NCBI GenBank assembly: GCA_963666835.2
Contig: CAXXGO010000001.1
Coordinates: 1,472,001 to 1,536,000 of the forward strand
Source: Phycisphaerae bacterium
Lineage (GTDB): Bacteria; Planctomycetota; Phycisphaerae; UBA1845
DNA length: 64,000 nt
Direction: 5' to 3'
Part shown: positions 1 through 10,036 of the stretch, piece after piece
Position numbering within the stretch: the first letter of the stretch is position 1
Layout of the letters: every line of letters starts with the position of its first letter
Made by a program: the position numbers and the translations under genes
The notes under the pieces: generated by a model
What the model was told of the DNA's origin: nothing
What the model saw: the letters and a program-made list of their open reading frames with translations, nothing else
The model's database searches: none

Positions 1-778
1 TCCTGTTATGTTCATGTGGCCGAATTCTGTTGTGTGTATGGTCGAAGTCCTGTCTACTGAATGGATGACCGTTCTCATCGTAGAAGGTCCTGGATCTTAC
101 TCTCCCTTGGTCGTCCACTCGCTCATAGATCGAGTTGGGGAGCGATTTCTTCTTCGCACGTTTCGTTCCTTGCTCGACGGTGGTCTCTGCCGCCTTTGCC
201 GCCTTCGCGGCGTCGGTTGCGTCATCCGCCAGGTCACCGACACGGGCGGCGATTGGCTTGCCGGTGGCCTTGTCCGCCCAGACGGTGATCTTGGTTCCGG
301 CTTTGATGCCGAGTTTGGTCGCCACCTTCGCGGTGGCCTTTATCACCGAAACCGTTATCAGATCCGACGGGTCCGGGATATTGACTTCGATCAGCAGCAG
401 CATCGCCGCGGCCGCGGGAGCCGAGTAGATCTTGACCTGCTCGCCGGCGGCCTGGACTTTGTCGAGACCCTGTATCTTCCTCCAACGGTATCCCTCTGCC
501 GCGGCGAACGCGTCATCGTCAGTTGCACCGAACCCCAGCGGATCCAGCATCACCCACGGGTCGTTTCCGACGTACGAGTAGCCGTTGCCCAGTTCGAGCG
601 GGTCGGTCCAGATTCCGATTCGGTCGCGGACGGTGAACCGACCGGCGATGGGGTCGACGTATCTCGTACGGTAATAGTATAACCCGGTCTCGGGGTCGAT
701 GCGACGACCGGTGAACAAATACGTTTCGGCCAGATGCTCTTCGTTTAGCGGGTCACACAACTGAGCCCCGGCGTTCAT
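1..778 (-). CDS. Orphan Rhs core + C-terminal toxin (Ntox24-like putative RNase), runs off the window start
   Basis: Not in the ORF track; translated by hand. YLFTGRRIDPETGLYYYRTRY...GNDPWVMLDPLG, then a unique CT ending PNSIYERVDDQGRVRSRTFYDENGHPFSRQDFDHTHNRIRPHEH. Core homology begins ~721. In-frame ATGs at 778 and 550. Confidence 0.85.
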   Translation of the reverse strand, partial: MNAGAQLCDPLNEEHLAETYLFTGRRIDPETGLYYYRTRYVDPIAGRFTVRDRIGIWTDPLELGNGYSYVGNDPWVMLDPLGFGATDDDAFAAAEGYRWRKIQGLDKVQAAGEQVKIYSAPAAAAMLLLIEVNIPDPSDLITVSVIKATAKVATKLGIKAGTKITVWADKATGKPIAARVGDLADDATDAAKAAKAAETTVEQGTKRAKKKSLPNSIYERVDDQGRVRSRTFYDENGHPFSRQDFDHTHNRIRPHEHNR

Positions 779-1385
779 CTACGACCGGATTGAGTTCTTT
801 CTGCGAAAGCAGTTCCTCCAATGCCTGCCCACCGTAATCCAACTTGTATTGAAGCTCCGAATCGGTTATTGGAATCATCCACAGAATATCGCTCTTATCT
901 CCCAGGACCTCGAGCGTATCGAAGTCCTCTTCCTCGAAGTAGGGCGGTAAGAAGAAGGCACTCGTTAGAAGCGATCGTTCGGGGATCATGGACATCCCGT
1001 AAGGCACGGTATGCCACCAGTGCAGGAACGTATCATCTGCAAACGGCATATCCGCTAACAACTTCAGGAGGCGAAACATCCACGGTTGCGGTTCTCGTAC
1101 ATACATCACGAGCTCTGTGCGAGCTGATACATAGTCAGGCGCTTCTGCCGGGACAGACTGCCTGAGATCGCTCATGCCACCTGTTATCAACACCCAATGA
1201 TCGCGACTACCAGAAGGTGGAAACTGATAAACATCAATATGAGGGATCTTGTCATCAGTTGAGTGCATGATCGGCTCAGAGATTGAGCCAAAATGCTCTA
1301 CGTAGTGAGCCTCCCGGACAGCTATAGGGTGTTTGTTAGATACGGACATCATGCCGCGTATTGCCCTATCATAGATCACCGGCAC
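753..1385 (-). CDS. Suppressor-of-fused (SUFU) family protein, candidate immunity protein
   Basis: Motifs HIDVYQFPP, ITGGMSD, RTELVM, LWMIPITDSELQYK..G..AL are typical of bacterial SuFu; lies in a toxin locus. Confidence 0.8.
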   Translation of the reverse strand: MPVIYDRAIRGMMSVSNKHPIAVREAHYVEHFGSISEPIMHSTDDKIPHIDVYQFPPSGSRDHWVLITGGMSDLRQSVPAEAPDYVSARTELVMYVREPQPWMFRLLKLLADMPFADDTFLHWWHTVPYGMSMIPERSLLTSAFFLPPYFEEEDFDTLEVLGDKSDILWMIPITDSELQYKLDYGGQALEELLSQKELNPVVDERRGSVV

Positions 1386-1800
1386 CGGACACCAGACGTA
1401 CCCTATCCAGCAAGTATGCTTCGATGCCGTCGGCCTCTACCGCCTTCTCGCCAATTGCAAGAAGCTGCAATTGGATACGTTCGCGAGATGATTCGATCTT
1501 GGGATCCAAATCATAGCAGAAGCTCAATCTGAAATTATGCACGCCGAAGCACCTCAAGAGGACAAGAGGGTGCTTCGGATCCAGTGTCTCCAGACTTATT
1601 TCGAGGTTACCCGGGCAGTTCCACGCATCGACCCCATGGCCGCACACGGATGCAGGCGACTCGAAGCGCGTGTACTTCACAAACGCGCGGTCCCAGTCGA
1701 CGCTGTCAAAAAGAGCTTGGACTTCCTTGGGGTCATGCACTGTCAATCCTCCGATAAGCGGCACTCGTGTTGTTGCCGGGGTCCAATCGGTCTGTCTCAT
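1369..1800 (-). CDS. Candidate immunity protein, paralog 3 of 3
   Basis: Shares EVQALFD.DW..AFVKY.RFESP, GNLEI.LE, LLRC and DL.P.IESS with the genes at 1994 and 2622. Confidence 0.75.
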   Translation of the reverse strand: MRQTDWTPATTRVPLIGGLTVHDPKEVQALFDSVDWDRAFVKYTRFESPASVCGHGVDAWNCPGNLEISLETLDPKHPLVLLRCFGVHNFRLSFCYDLDPKIESSRERIQLQLLAIGEKAVEADGIEAYLLDRVRLVSGAGDL

Positions 1801-1993
1801 CTCGGTTAACGCGACCGTGACAAGCGACGGCTTGTCCTGCTCCGCGTCTCGTAAACTCTAAGCACCGTGCCCCCGACCGTCGCCTCTGCCTACCCGACCA
1901 AGCCGGTGTTCCCAATATGCGAAGGTGATGACCCGAGACCCGGAACGCCGGCATTGCGTAACCTCCGCAACCAGCTCGATTAGCAGGCTTGGG

Positions 1994-2437
1994 CTATCCG
2001 GCCTCAGGACGTTTCGTTGTCGGTCCGTACGGCTTTCGGTTCGACCATCGCAGATTACCGGTGGCTGATTCAAGATGCCTTTCACTCAGCGCATACACCT
2101 CGACGGCTTCAGCCTCTATCACCGTGTTGCCGGCCCCTAGAAGCCACAAACGGATACGTCCTCCAGTGGACTCAATCCTCGGATGCAAATCGTGGAGGAG
2201 GCTCAAGCCGCACTCATATACGTCACGGCACCTCAGCAGAAGAAGCGGGGTCTTCGAATCCGTCGTTTCGAGAGCTACTTCCAAGTTGCCGAGGCATTCG
2301 AATGCGAAGATCCCAGAGTCATGCACCGCCGTGGGCGACTCGAATCGCATGTACTTCACGATTGCGTTTCTCCAGTCGATGCGGTTAAGAAGAGCTCGAA
2401 CTTCGTCGATGTCACGCACAGTCAACTCTCCAAACAT
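1994..2437 (-). CDS. Candidate immunity protein, paralog 2 of 3
   Basis: Same motif series; start moved to ATG 2437 (MFGELTVRD) after a purine-rich GGGAAAGG. Confidence 0.75.
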   Translation of the reverse strand: MFGELTVRDIDEVRALLNRIDWRNAIVKYMRFESPTAVHDSGIFAFECLGNLEVALETTDSKTPLLLLRCRDVYECGLSLLHDLHPRIESTGGRIRLWLLGAGNTVIEAEAVEVYALSERHLESATGNLRWSNRKPYGPTTKRPEAG

Positions 2438-2621
2438 CCTTTCCCGAAGTATTGCCCAACTCCACTGGGGCGGTACGGGTCCCAGGCCGGTCGCGGATGG
2501 CGAGCCACCCGGTAACCGAAGGCAACCATCGTATACGCACTTCATACGCTGCCCCGGCCGCCTTGGCAAGGCTGTAGAGCGTCTTCAGCCCGCTGGCGGG
2601 TGCCTTCGACGGGTCGCCCGA

Positions 2622-2996
2622 TTATCGCGAATCACCGGATTCAGAAGGCGCTTCCCGGGGGGCGTATACTTCGACTTCTTCAGCCTCTACCGTCATTCCT
2701 CCACCCTCGACAAGGCATAAACGGACACGTCCTCCGGATGACTCAATCCTAGGTTCCAGATCAAGGCATGGCGACACGCTGAATTCGTACACTCGCAAGC
2801 ACCTCAATAGAAGAAGCCGGTGCTCGGGATACAGTATCTCCAAGGCGATCTCCAGGTCGCCGGTACGATCGGGCGCGTCAATCATGTGCCCGTACAGTGA
2901 CGTAGGCGACTCAAACCGTACATACTTCACAAACGCATCGTCCCAGTCGATGCCGTCAAAAAGAGCTTGGACTTCCGTGAGGTTCAGCATGGCCAA
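2622..2996 (-). CDS. Candidate cognate immunity protein of the 2984-4951 toxin, paralog 1 of 3
   Basis: Start overlaps the toxin stop; 124 aa; shared motifs with the two downstream genes. Confidence 0.8.
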   Translation of the reverse strand: MAMLNLTEVQALFDGIDWDDAFVKYVRFESPTSLYGHMIDAPDRTGDLEIALEILYPEHRLLLLRCLRVYEFSVSPCLDLEPRIESSGGRVRLCLVEGGGMTVEAEEVEVYAPREAPSESGDSR

Positions 2997-4951
2997 TTAA
3001 TCGTCCCAATAGGGTCATGATTACCACTGCGCTGTGCGTCTGGACGAGGATGCTGGGAGTCGTAGTCCGAGTCATGTTGGTGCGGGTGCCTGCGCCCAGT
3101 ACCATGTAAGTCGTCATACTGTTTATGTCTGTTTCCATGTTTGTCGTAGGTCGTAACCTGTTTCGTTCGGCCATCTTTCGTGTACCGGCGGCGAGTGGAA
3201 TAGGGCGAGCTTTGATCCGGAGCACGTTTTTTCCAATACTTCTCGTATCTCTTCGCCTCGTCAGGCGACATATCATCCACAAACGTTCTCACCCGTTTAC
3301 TTGCGTTCTCAACACCCTCCTCTGCTCCTTCCTTGGCGCCCTTAATAAACGTCTTGACGCCCTGCTTGCTGATCGCTTTGGCAGCACCGGCGACGCCGAT
3401 GGCCGTTCCGGCGGCGGTTATGATCCCGCCGGCTGTTGACGCGGCTGCGTCACGGTTGTCGGAGTCGAAGGTCGTTCCGCCGACGGAATCAATCAACCCG
3501 GCGGTGACCTCGCTGGCGATCGCGTCCGCCGTGCCGTGGGTGCGGTCCGAGTTGCTTCTGGCGAACTCGTCCAGGGCCGCGTCGTAAACGCCCTCCGGCG
3601 GATCCCAGTAGCCGGTTATAAACCAGTCGAGCGGCCCGAGCCCGTACGGATCCAGCATCACCCACGGGTCGTTTCCGACGTACGAGTAGCCGTTGCCCAG
3701 TTCCAGTGGGTCGGTCCAGATTCCGATTCGGTCGCGGGTTGTGAACCGCCCGGCGATGGGGTCGAGGTACCTCGTACGGTAATAGTATAACCCGGTTTCA
3801 GGGTCGATGCGACGACCCGTGAACAGATACGGGTTGCCGATCGCCGAGACTTGCTGGTGCGTGGGCTGACCGTTGTGGTCGAGATACTCCGGACTGCCAA
3901 AGTCGCCGTATTCGTAACGTTCGACCACCACGCCGCTTGCGTCGGTCACGGCCACGACGTTGTACATGTCGTCGGTGTGGAAGAAGTAGTCCTCGGGCGT
4001 GCCGTCGCCGTTGACGTCCCGACGCATACTCAACACTTCATCGATGTAATCCCCGTAGACGTACGTAGCCAGGGTTGCCCCGGTCTCGTCCTGCTCTTCG
4101 ATAACCCGCCAGCCGTCGTAGAAGTAGCGGACCTCCTTCCGATGCGCTCCGAGCGCGTCGGTGATCTTCGCAATCCTCCGGCCGAGAGCGTCGTAGAGGT
4201 ACCGGTGCGTCTGCCCGGTGCGGAGGTCCTCGTACCGCACCATCTGATTGTGGAAATCGTACGTCAGTAAGGCGCGCATGCTCGGGCAGGTTGCCCCGGC
4301 GGATGACGAAGCGGCGGCTGCCTCTCCGCACGGTGCCGCGGGCGTGCCGGGGTCGTAAGGGTACGGCTCGCCGCCGAAGGCCTGGACGAGGAGCAGAACG
4401 TCGGACATGTTGACGACGCGGTTGGGCCCCTCGTTATGCACATCCACCCATTCATCCGGCGGGGCGATGGGGTCGTTTGCGAACGCCTGCATACAGGCCA
4501 TCAGGTCGTTCATGCTCAGGTTGCCCTCGGGTGCCATCCATTGGCCCTCGACGAACGACCCGACGCAGTCACCCCAGAACTTCACTCCGGGCCTGGCACA
4601 GGTGTTGACTTCGAACGGCTCAGAGATGCTGATCTCGTTGTACGCCCGGATCTCGAAGGTCGATTCCGGACCGATCGCGCAGTCGTAAACGTGAATGACC
4701 GGCTCATCCCAGACGCGGATCACCGGCGTCGAGCCCAGCGGGTAATAGCCGTCGACGGCCCCGTCGTCGCCGTCGTTGCCGACCCACTTGACCATCCCGA
4801 CGGCGTCGGGGAAGTAGGTGTTCGCGGTCATCTCGACCCGAAACGCCACCGGCTCATCCGCGTTCTGCGGATCGAACGACAGATACCGGTTCTTCGGCGC
4901 ATCATCCGGCGGGGCCGGCGAAGCAGGCGGCTCGACCGTCGGCGCAATCAT
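2984..4951 (-). CDS. Orphan Rhs module (dockerin-like insert + core + linker + Ntox24-like CT)
   Basis: Near-identical to the main Rhs C-terminal part, then a different CT: MSPDEAKRYEKYW..APDQSSPYS..QVTTYDKHGNRHKQYD..HPHQH. Confidence 0.88.
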   Translation of the reverse strand: MIAPTVEPPASPAPPDDAPKNRYLSFDPQNADEPVAFRVEMTANTYFPDAVGMVKWVGNDGDDGAVDGYYPLGSTPVIRVWDEPVIHVYDCAIGPESTFEIRAYNEISISEPFEVNTCARPGVKFWGDCVGSFVEGQWMAPEGNLSMNDLMACMQAFANDPIAPPDEWVDVHNEGPNRVVNMSDVLLLVQAFGGEPYPYDPGTPAAPCGEAAAASSSAGATCPSMRALLTYDFHNQMVRYEDLRTGQTHRYLYDALGRRIAKITDALGAHRKEVRYFYDGWRVIEEQDETGATLATYVYGDYIDEVLSMRRDVNGDGTPEDYFFHTDDMYNVVAVTDASGVVVERYEYGDFGSPEYLDHNGQPTHQQVSAIGNPYLFTGRRIDPETGLYYYRTRYLDPIAGRFTTRDRIGIWTDPLELGNGYSYVGNDPWVMLDPYGLGPLDWFITGYWDPPEGVYDAALDEFARSNSDRTHGTADAIASEVTAGLIDSVGGTTFDSDNRDAAASTAGGIITAAGTAIGVAGAAKAISKQGVKTFIKGAKEGAEEGVENASKRVRTFVDDMSPDEAKRYEKYWKKRAPDQSSPYSTRRRYTKDGRTKQVTTYDKHGNRHKQYDDLHGTGRRHPHQHDSDYDSQHPRPDAQRSGNHDPIGTINWPC

Positions 4952-5077
4952 GGCCGTGAGGTTGCCGTGCAGATCATAGATCCGCGCATCAAACGGCGTG
5001 AGCGTATACTGATTACTCTGACAATCACCCGGCTCGGGTAGCGTGGGGTCACAGGAATAGGACCCCCCGCACGCGTC
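3375..5077. repeat. ~1.7-kb near-perfect direct repeat of 10796-12498 (offset 7421)
   Basis: Identical antisense ORFs at constant offset (3536/10957, 3851/11272, 4407/11828); few substitutions, clustered toward 4500-5077. Confidence 0.95.
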
Positions 5078-5264
5078 GCGCGGTATGGGTCAACTTGTTG
5101 ACCCGTGCTGTGCCATGACGCGGGCACTATCGCGCATCATCGTCTCCCCCACCTCCATAGGAGGTGGGCCACCCGTCCGTTGCCCCACCAGTTCCCCGAG
5201 GCGAGCGTTGCCTGGACTGCCCCGAGTACAACGTAGCATCCATGCACGCGGCGAGCTCGCGCTG

Positions 5265-5861
5265 CTATTCCAATGGGGCCTTCAACCACAGCAGATAAGT
5301 GTCCTCCTCAAGACTCGAGACGAAGAGGCCGACGGTTTCCTCCACAATGATCCGCACGTGTTGCTCCGTGAGAATGTCGGCAATCGGCGGAAAGTCCGAG
5401 CGCCCCAGAGCAAGGGTGAGTATTCCGACCTCGATAACGGCGCGACCGGCCTCGTTCAGGACGGTCTCTATTCGAGGGACTCCGCAGTCGTCATTGCGGA
5501 GCAGATGACATACTTCGTTCCGGTATGTTACCGTTCGGCTGGTGTAAGTTAATACGCCAGGGTCATTCGCGCGCGCCGCCAAGTTCTCTACGACAACCAA
5601 TCGTGTGTCATCCTTGACAAGAAAGGCGTGAAGGTGGCATGCCAAGCAGGTCCGGTATGTGGCTGTAAACTCGGGCAGATCGCCAATGATGAGCTTCATG
5701 GCCCGATCATCCGGATGTCCGGTGGGAATCGTTGTGAGCACACCGTTGCGCAAATCAACCATGTCGCGCACGGCGTGGGTTAGCGAATGGCCCCAATCCA
5801 GCCATCGACCCAACGAGAAATCCGGATCAGTGCTGTCAAGATCGCCGTGATAGCCATCCAT
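5265..5861 (-). CDS. Hypothetical protein, paralog of 5937-6548, candidate immunity
   Basis: Alignable motifs DL..G, D..RLV, T...EV, FPP...I.T..H.R.I.E.T, YL.W. Confidence 0.7.
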   Translation of the reverse strand: MDGYHGDLDSTDPDFSLGRWLDWGHSLTHAVRDMVDLRNGVLTTIPTGHPDDRAMKLIIGDLPEFTATYRTCLACHLHAFLVKDDTRLVVVENLAARANDPGVLTYTSRTVTYRNEVCHLLRNDDCGVPRIETVLNEAGRAVIEVGILTLALGRSDFPPIADILTEQHVRIIVEETVGLFVSSLEEDTYLLWLKAPLE

Positions 5862-5936
5862 GTTAATGGCGTTCCTCCAATTGCAGTGTCGGCTCAGCCT
5901 TTCAAGCGTGCGACGCCGACGCGAGCGGGCGATATG

Positions 5937-6548
5937 TCAACCGCGACGCCAAATCAGGTAACCCTCCCCGTCGTACGCGCGGGCGAAAACACACTCGGTC
6001 TTCTCTGCTATCAACCGCAAATGCTCACGTGTCATAATCCTGTCAGGCGGTGGAAACCCGGGAACTCCGGGCTGATTCGTCATAACGCCAACCAGCCCTG
6101 CCCCGGCATCAGCATCCGCCAGGATTACCTGGACTCGCAGTTCGTCATGTTCCTCTCCGAGCATCGCGTCGTCGCGCGATATTACCCGGTATACTTCGTC
6201 TTGGAACGTCAGAACCTGACCCAGCAACCGGCATAGATCTGATTCAGTAGCCGTGAGCATGATGTCACTAATAAGCACGAGCCTCTGCTCGTCAACTTCA
6301 AGGTATTCACAGATTGCGTCGACCATGGCATTCTGGCTCCCACCCAGCGACTTCGGCAACCCGCACTTAATCCCATCGACCAACACGTCGTCGGCTGTGT
6401 CGGGTAGAGCTGTGCCGATTCGCCCCGCCGATAGATCGTTGGACTTGAGGACTTCGTGCCCCAGCGCCCCACCAGGCCGACCCGTCAGCGCTTCCCGCAC
6501 GAAGTCCAAGGCCTGCGCCGCCAGGGGCTGCTCGGGTTCATGTTCCAT
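5937..6548 (-). CDS. Hypothetical protein ending AYDGEGYLIW, candidate immunity
   Basis: Strong RBS AAGGAGG before the ATG; paralog of the adjacent gene. Confidence 0.75.
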   Translation of the reverse strand: MEHEPEQPLAAQALDFVREALTGRPGGALGHEVLKSNDLSAGRIGTALPDTADDVLVDGIKCGLPKSLGGSQNAMVDAICEYLEVDEQRLVLISDIMLTATESDLCRLLGQVLTFQDEVYRVISRDDAMLGEEHDELRVQVILADADAGAGLVGVMTNQPGVPGFPPPDRIMTREHLRLIAEKTECVFARAYDGEGYLIWRRG

Positions 6549-7029
6549 GGGATTAGCCTCCTTGTCGTACCCTTACAGTGATTTCGTCACCCGTCAACAT
6601 TGCCATACCCGAGTGTACTCAAGAGGCAAACCAGTCGAGACAAGTATCGACCCCGTTGCCCGCCGTGTGGGCCCGGCCATCCATGGGCAGACGTTCGCGC
6701 ACGCTCATCCGCCGATCGGGGCAACCGCCGCCTTTGGGCTCGGAATGCCGCACCCAATTCTAGTGCCAAAACACAACACGCGCTTTGGTCCTCCTGAAAG
6801 AAGGTGTTTCTGACATCAGAAGCTCAGGCCCGTTCGCTCCCAAGGTGAAGCAGCGTCAGAGTACGAGGATACTCCTCCGGGCACGGAAACTCAAGCCTGT
6901 TGCAGAGGGTTGCGAGCACACTATCGGCCAGCAAGCGGAATCGTTGCGATCGATGCCCTTGTCCGTCGCCGCCCTCGTTGCACGCCCCGCACGGCGCAGC
7001 TCGGCAAGATGATGCAACCGAACTTCTTG

Positions 7030-8124
7030 TCAGGCCCGGGGCATGGGCATCGGCGGGATCACCGCCGAGCCCCGTTTTCTGCTCCCGCCCTTCTTCCGTT
7101 TCTTGTATCCGCGCCGCCAGTCCTTCTTCGGCTTAACCTCCTGCTCACCATCGTCGCTCGGGTAGATGCGCCATTCCTTCCCTTTAGGGTCTTTATAATC
7201 ATAGTGGGGAGGGTCCCCGGGGTGGTTGAAGTCTGGATGGAGGTGCTCCTTCGTGTCCTTGTTGTACCACGCACCTTGCGAACTGCCCGGCTTGGTGCCT
7301 GGAGGGCGCCATTCCCAGTCAGGCCCAGGTGGTTCCGTCGGATCTGTAGGACATTTTGGCGCTTCGACCGGTTGATTCGGTTTCTCCGGTTTTTCTGGAT
7401 CGACCGGGATCGGCGGCGGCTTCGGCAGATCCGGGGGTGGCGGTTCGGGTGTATCCTGCGGTTTGTTGAGCTGTTGCTCCACGAGCTTCTTTGCGACGGC
7501 GGCATCAATACCAGCGGCTATCAGCCCACCTATTAATTCCGCCGCCGACTTTCCCATCGAGGCCTCAACCTCAACCCAGGCGATAATCCCCTCAGGATGC
7601 ATCGAGGATGAGAACAACCCGTACGGATCGAGAATGTCCCACGGTGCGTTACCGACGTACGAGTAGCCGTTGCCCAGTTCGAGCGGGTCGGTCCAGATTC
7701 CGATTCGGTCGCGGGTTGTGAACCGACCGGCGATGGGGTCGAGGTATCTCGTACGGTAATAGTATAACCCGGTTTCAGGGTCGATGCGACGACCCGTGAA
7801 CAGGTACGGGTTGCCGATCGCCGAGACTTGCTGGTACGTGGGCTGACCGTTGTGGTCGAGATACTCCGGACTGCCGAAGTCGCCGTATTCGTAGCGTTCG
7901 ACCACCACGCCGCTTGCGTTGGTCACGGCCACGACGTTGTACATGTCGTCGGTGTGGAAGAAGTAGTCCTCGGGCGTGCCGTCGCCGTCGACGTCCCGGC
8001 GCATACTCAACACTTCATCGATGTAATCCCCGTAGACGTACGTGGCCAGGGTCGCCCCGGTCTCGTCTTGTTCCTCGATAACCCGCCAGCCGTCGTAGAA
8101 GTAGCGGACCTCTTTGCGATGCAC
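7030..8124 (-). CDS. Orphan Rhs core + Ntox37-like toxin CT
   Basis: Rhs core up to ILDPYGL; Pro-rich spacer; PPGPDWEWR..GS..GAWYN..T.EHLHPD..HP..PHYDY...G..WRIYP matches my recollection of bacterial toxin 37. Confidence 0.85.
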   Translation of the reverse strand: MHRKEVRYFYDGWRVIEEQDETGATLATYVYGDYIDEVLSMRRDVDGDGTPEDYFFHTDDMYNVVAVTNASGVVVERYEYGDFGSPEYLDHNGQPTYQQVSAIGNPYLFTGRRIDPETGLYYYRTRYLDPIAGRFTTRDRIGIWTDPLELGNGYSYVGNAPWDILDPYGLFSSSMHPEGIIAWVEVEASMGKSAAELIGGLIAAGIDAAVAKKLVEQQLNKPQDTPEPPPPDLPKPPPIPVDPEKPEKPNQPVEAPKCPTDPTEPPGPDWEWRPPGTKPGSSQGAWYNKDTKEHLHPDFNHPGDPPHYDYKDPKGKEWRIYPSDDGEQEVKPKKDWRRGYKKRKKGGSRKRGSAVIPPMPMPRA

Positions 8125-8207
8125 CCCGAGCGCGTTCTAAAGGAGATGGCATACCCGCCCAAGAACGGCGAGGTTGGACCCTCGAAGGACGAAACGGCGC
8201 GGCGGTG

Positions 8208-8741
8208 CTACGCGTTCTTCTTACTTAGAATTCCCGACAGATCCGCCATTTCGCCGTGGTAGTAGTATGCGAGCGATTCTGGCAGGCAGACTACGAGGCT
8301 GCTTCCGACTTCCTCATCGGGCAAGACTCGAATAACCTCCTCCAAGGACCCGAATCGTCCGTCCCAAGCGCGAGACTCTGATAACACATAGCAATCCTCG
8401 GGCGCTCCGAGACCTGACAATGCCGTCAGCAACTCTTCGCCGGGCTCGCTCGCGCGATACTCTACGTTCTCTTGGCCCAACGCAAGCCAGTGCTCCAGAC
8501 CGGCGAGCATGGAACGGAACTTCCCCCGGCGCTTCATACTCTTCCGGTCGAGCTTCGGAGGCAACTGGCGATCGGCGGCCAGACTAATGAACCTGTCGCG
8601 TCTCTCCGGCAGAATGAAGGACCTGGCGAACCGCTCTTCATAGTCCCTCTGGCTGGCGGCAACGTCGCTCACTCTCGAATCTCGCGGCTGATGCGCTTCG
8701 CTATTCACTTCCTCTTTTTCTTCTCCCATCTGCCTCGGCAT
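8208..8741 (-). CDS. Hypothetical protein, possible orphan immunity
   Basis: 177-aa ORF co-oriented between toxin modules; true start may be a GTG near 8708. Confidence 0.6.
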   Translation of the reverse strand: MPRQMGEEKEEVNSEAHQPRDSRVSDVAASQRDYEERFARSFILPERRDRFISLAADRQLPPKLDRKSMKRRGKFRSMLAGLEHWLALGQENVEYRASEPGEELLTALSGLGAPEDCYVLSESRAWDGRFGSLEEVIRVLPDEEVGSSLVVCLPESLAYYYHGEMADLSGILSKKNA

Positions 8742-8798
8742 TTGCGGGGCCGTCGCGCCCGACGCGCGCCCGGGCTTCTGGACGCAAGATAGAGAGGC

Positions 8799-9260
8799 TC
8801 AAGTTTCGGGTATCGCCAGCGCTGTTCTCAGTTTCAGGCTGACCAATGCACCGCGCGACTCGGGCGACCGCACGTACTTTGCGACGCCGTCCAACGTGGC
8901 GAAGAGCTGGATTAGCGGCTCAACCGAATCGGCGAAGACGATACCGACGATTCGCCGGCGATCCTCATCAGTTAGTTGGTCGTTCTCTAAATCGAAGCAT
9001 GTTTGAAACACCTCCGCATCACCGCGAACCTCATCGATTCGTACGCGAACATCGCACTGATGTTCCTTCGGCGATTCCGGCGGGTCGAGCAGTTTCGGCG
9101 CAACCGCTACGTTCAGGTAATACTGCTCGCCCCACTGGGATCTCTGAAGGTCGACGACTATGATCGTGTCGTCGGTCTTTCTTCGCCAACATAGCCGTTT
9201 CTTGGAGAAGCTCTGTGCCTTCAGCGACGCGGCCAACGTACTCTCTAGGATGTTATGCAT
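8799..9260 (-). CDS. DUF4304-like candidate immunity protein
   Basis: F.KK...WRR....IIVVDLQRSQWG..YYLNVAV pattern; ATG 9260 lies 2 nt after the toxin stop. Confidence 0.75.
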   Translation of the reverse strand: MHNILESTLAASLKAQSFSKKRLCWRRKTDDTIIVVDLQRSQWGEQYYLNVAVAPKLLDPPESPKEHQCDVRVRIDEVRGDAEVFQTCFDLENDQLTDEDRRRIVGIVFADSVEPLIQLFATLDGVAKYVRSPESRGALVSLKLRTALAIPET

Positions 9261-9262
9261 GG

Positions 9263-10032
9263 TCAGGCGCCCAGGTCGTAGGTTTCGACTTCCCATGTCC
9301 ACACCCCGCCGTGTTCTTGCTGGAATTCCTCTGCGTAACCCTGCGCTTGTTTCTCGCCACGCCTGATGGCTCGTGGGTTATTTGGTTTGAGCTCTTTGAC
9401 ATGACGCCTGCGCAGATTGGCTGCATCGGCTCGTTTGCCGCTTGGTGTACGCGCCTCTTTCGTATATCCAGGACCTGGTCGGTAGTTCTTGTGCTCATGT
9501 TGTCCCCTCTTGAGAGCTTCCTTTACTTTGGGGATCCTGGCGCCTTTTAACGCCTTTGCCGCCTTCGCCGCGTCTCCTGCGTCGATGGCGCCGGCGGCTG
9601 CCTTGGCGGTGCCTTTTATGAGGCCTCCGCCCACCTTGGCGATTCCGCCGGCGATGGCCTTGCCGCCGCCGGTTATGGCAAAATCGGCGGCGGTTATGAT
9701 CCCGCCGGCTGTTGACGCGGCTGCGTCACGGTTGCCGGAGTCGAACGCCGTTCCGCCGACGGAATCGATCAGGCCGCCGGTGACCTCGCTGACGATCGCG
9801 TCCGCCGTGCCGTGGGTGCGGTCCGAGTTGCTTCTGGCGAACTCGTCCAAGGCCGCATCGTAAACGCCCTCCGGCGGATCCCAGTAGCCGGTTATAAGCC
9901 AGTCGAGCGGCCCGAGCCCGTACGGATCCAGCATCACCCACGGGTCGTTTCCGACGTACGAGTAGCCGTTGCCCAGTTCGAGCGGGTCGGTCCAGATTCC
10001 GATTCGGTCGCGGACGGTGAACCGGCCGGCGA
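9263..10032 (-). CDS. Orphan Rhs core tip + linker + PD-(D/E)xK (REase-fold) toxin CT
   Basis: Core homology from ~10032 (ORF-track start 9937); CT KEARTPSGKRADA..VKELKPNNPRAIRRGEKQ..GY has D..ExK nuclease spacing. Confidence 0.85.
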
Positions 10033-10036
10033 TAGT

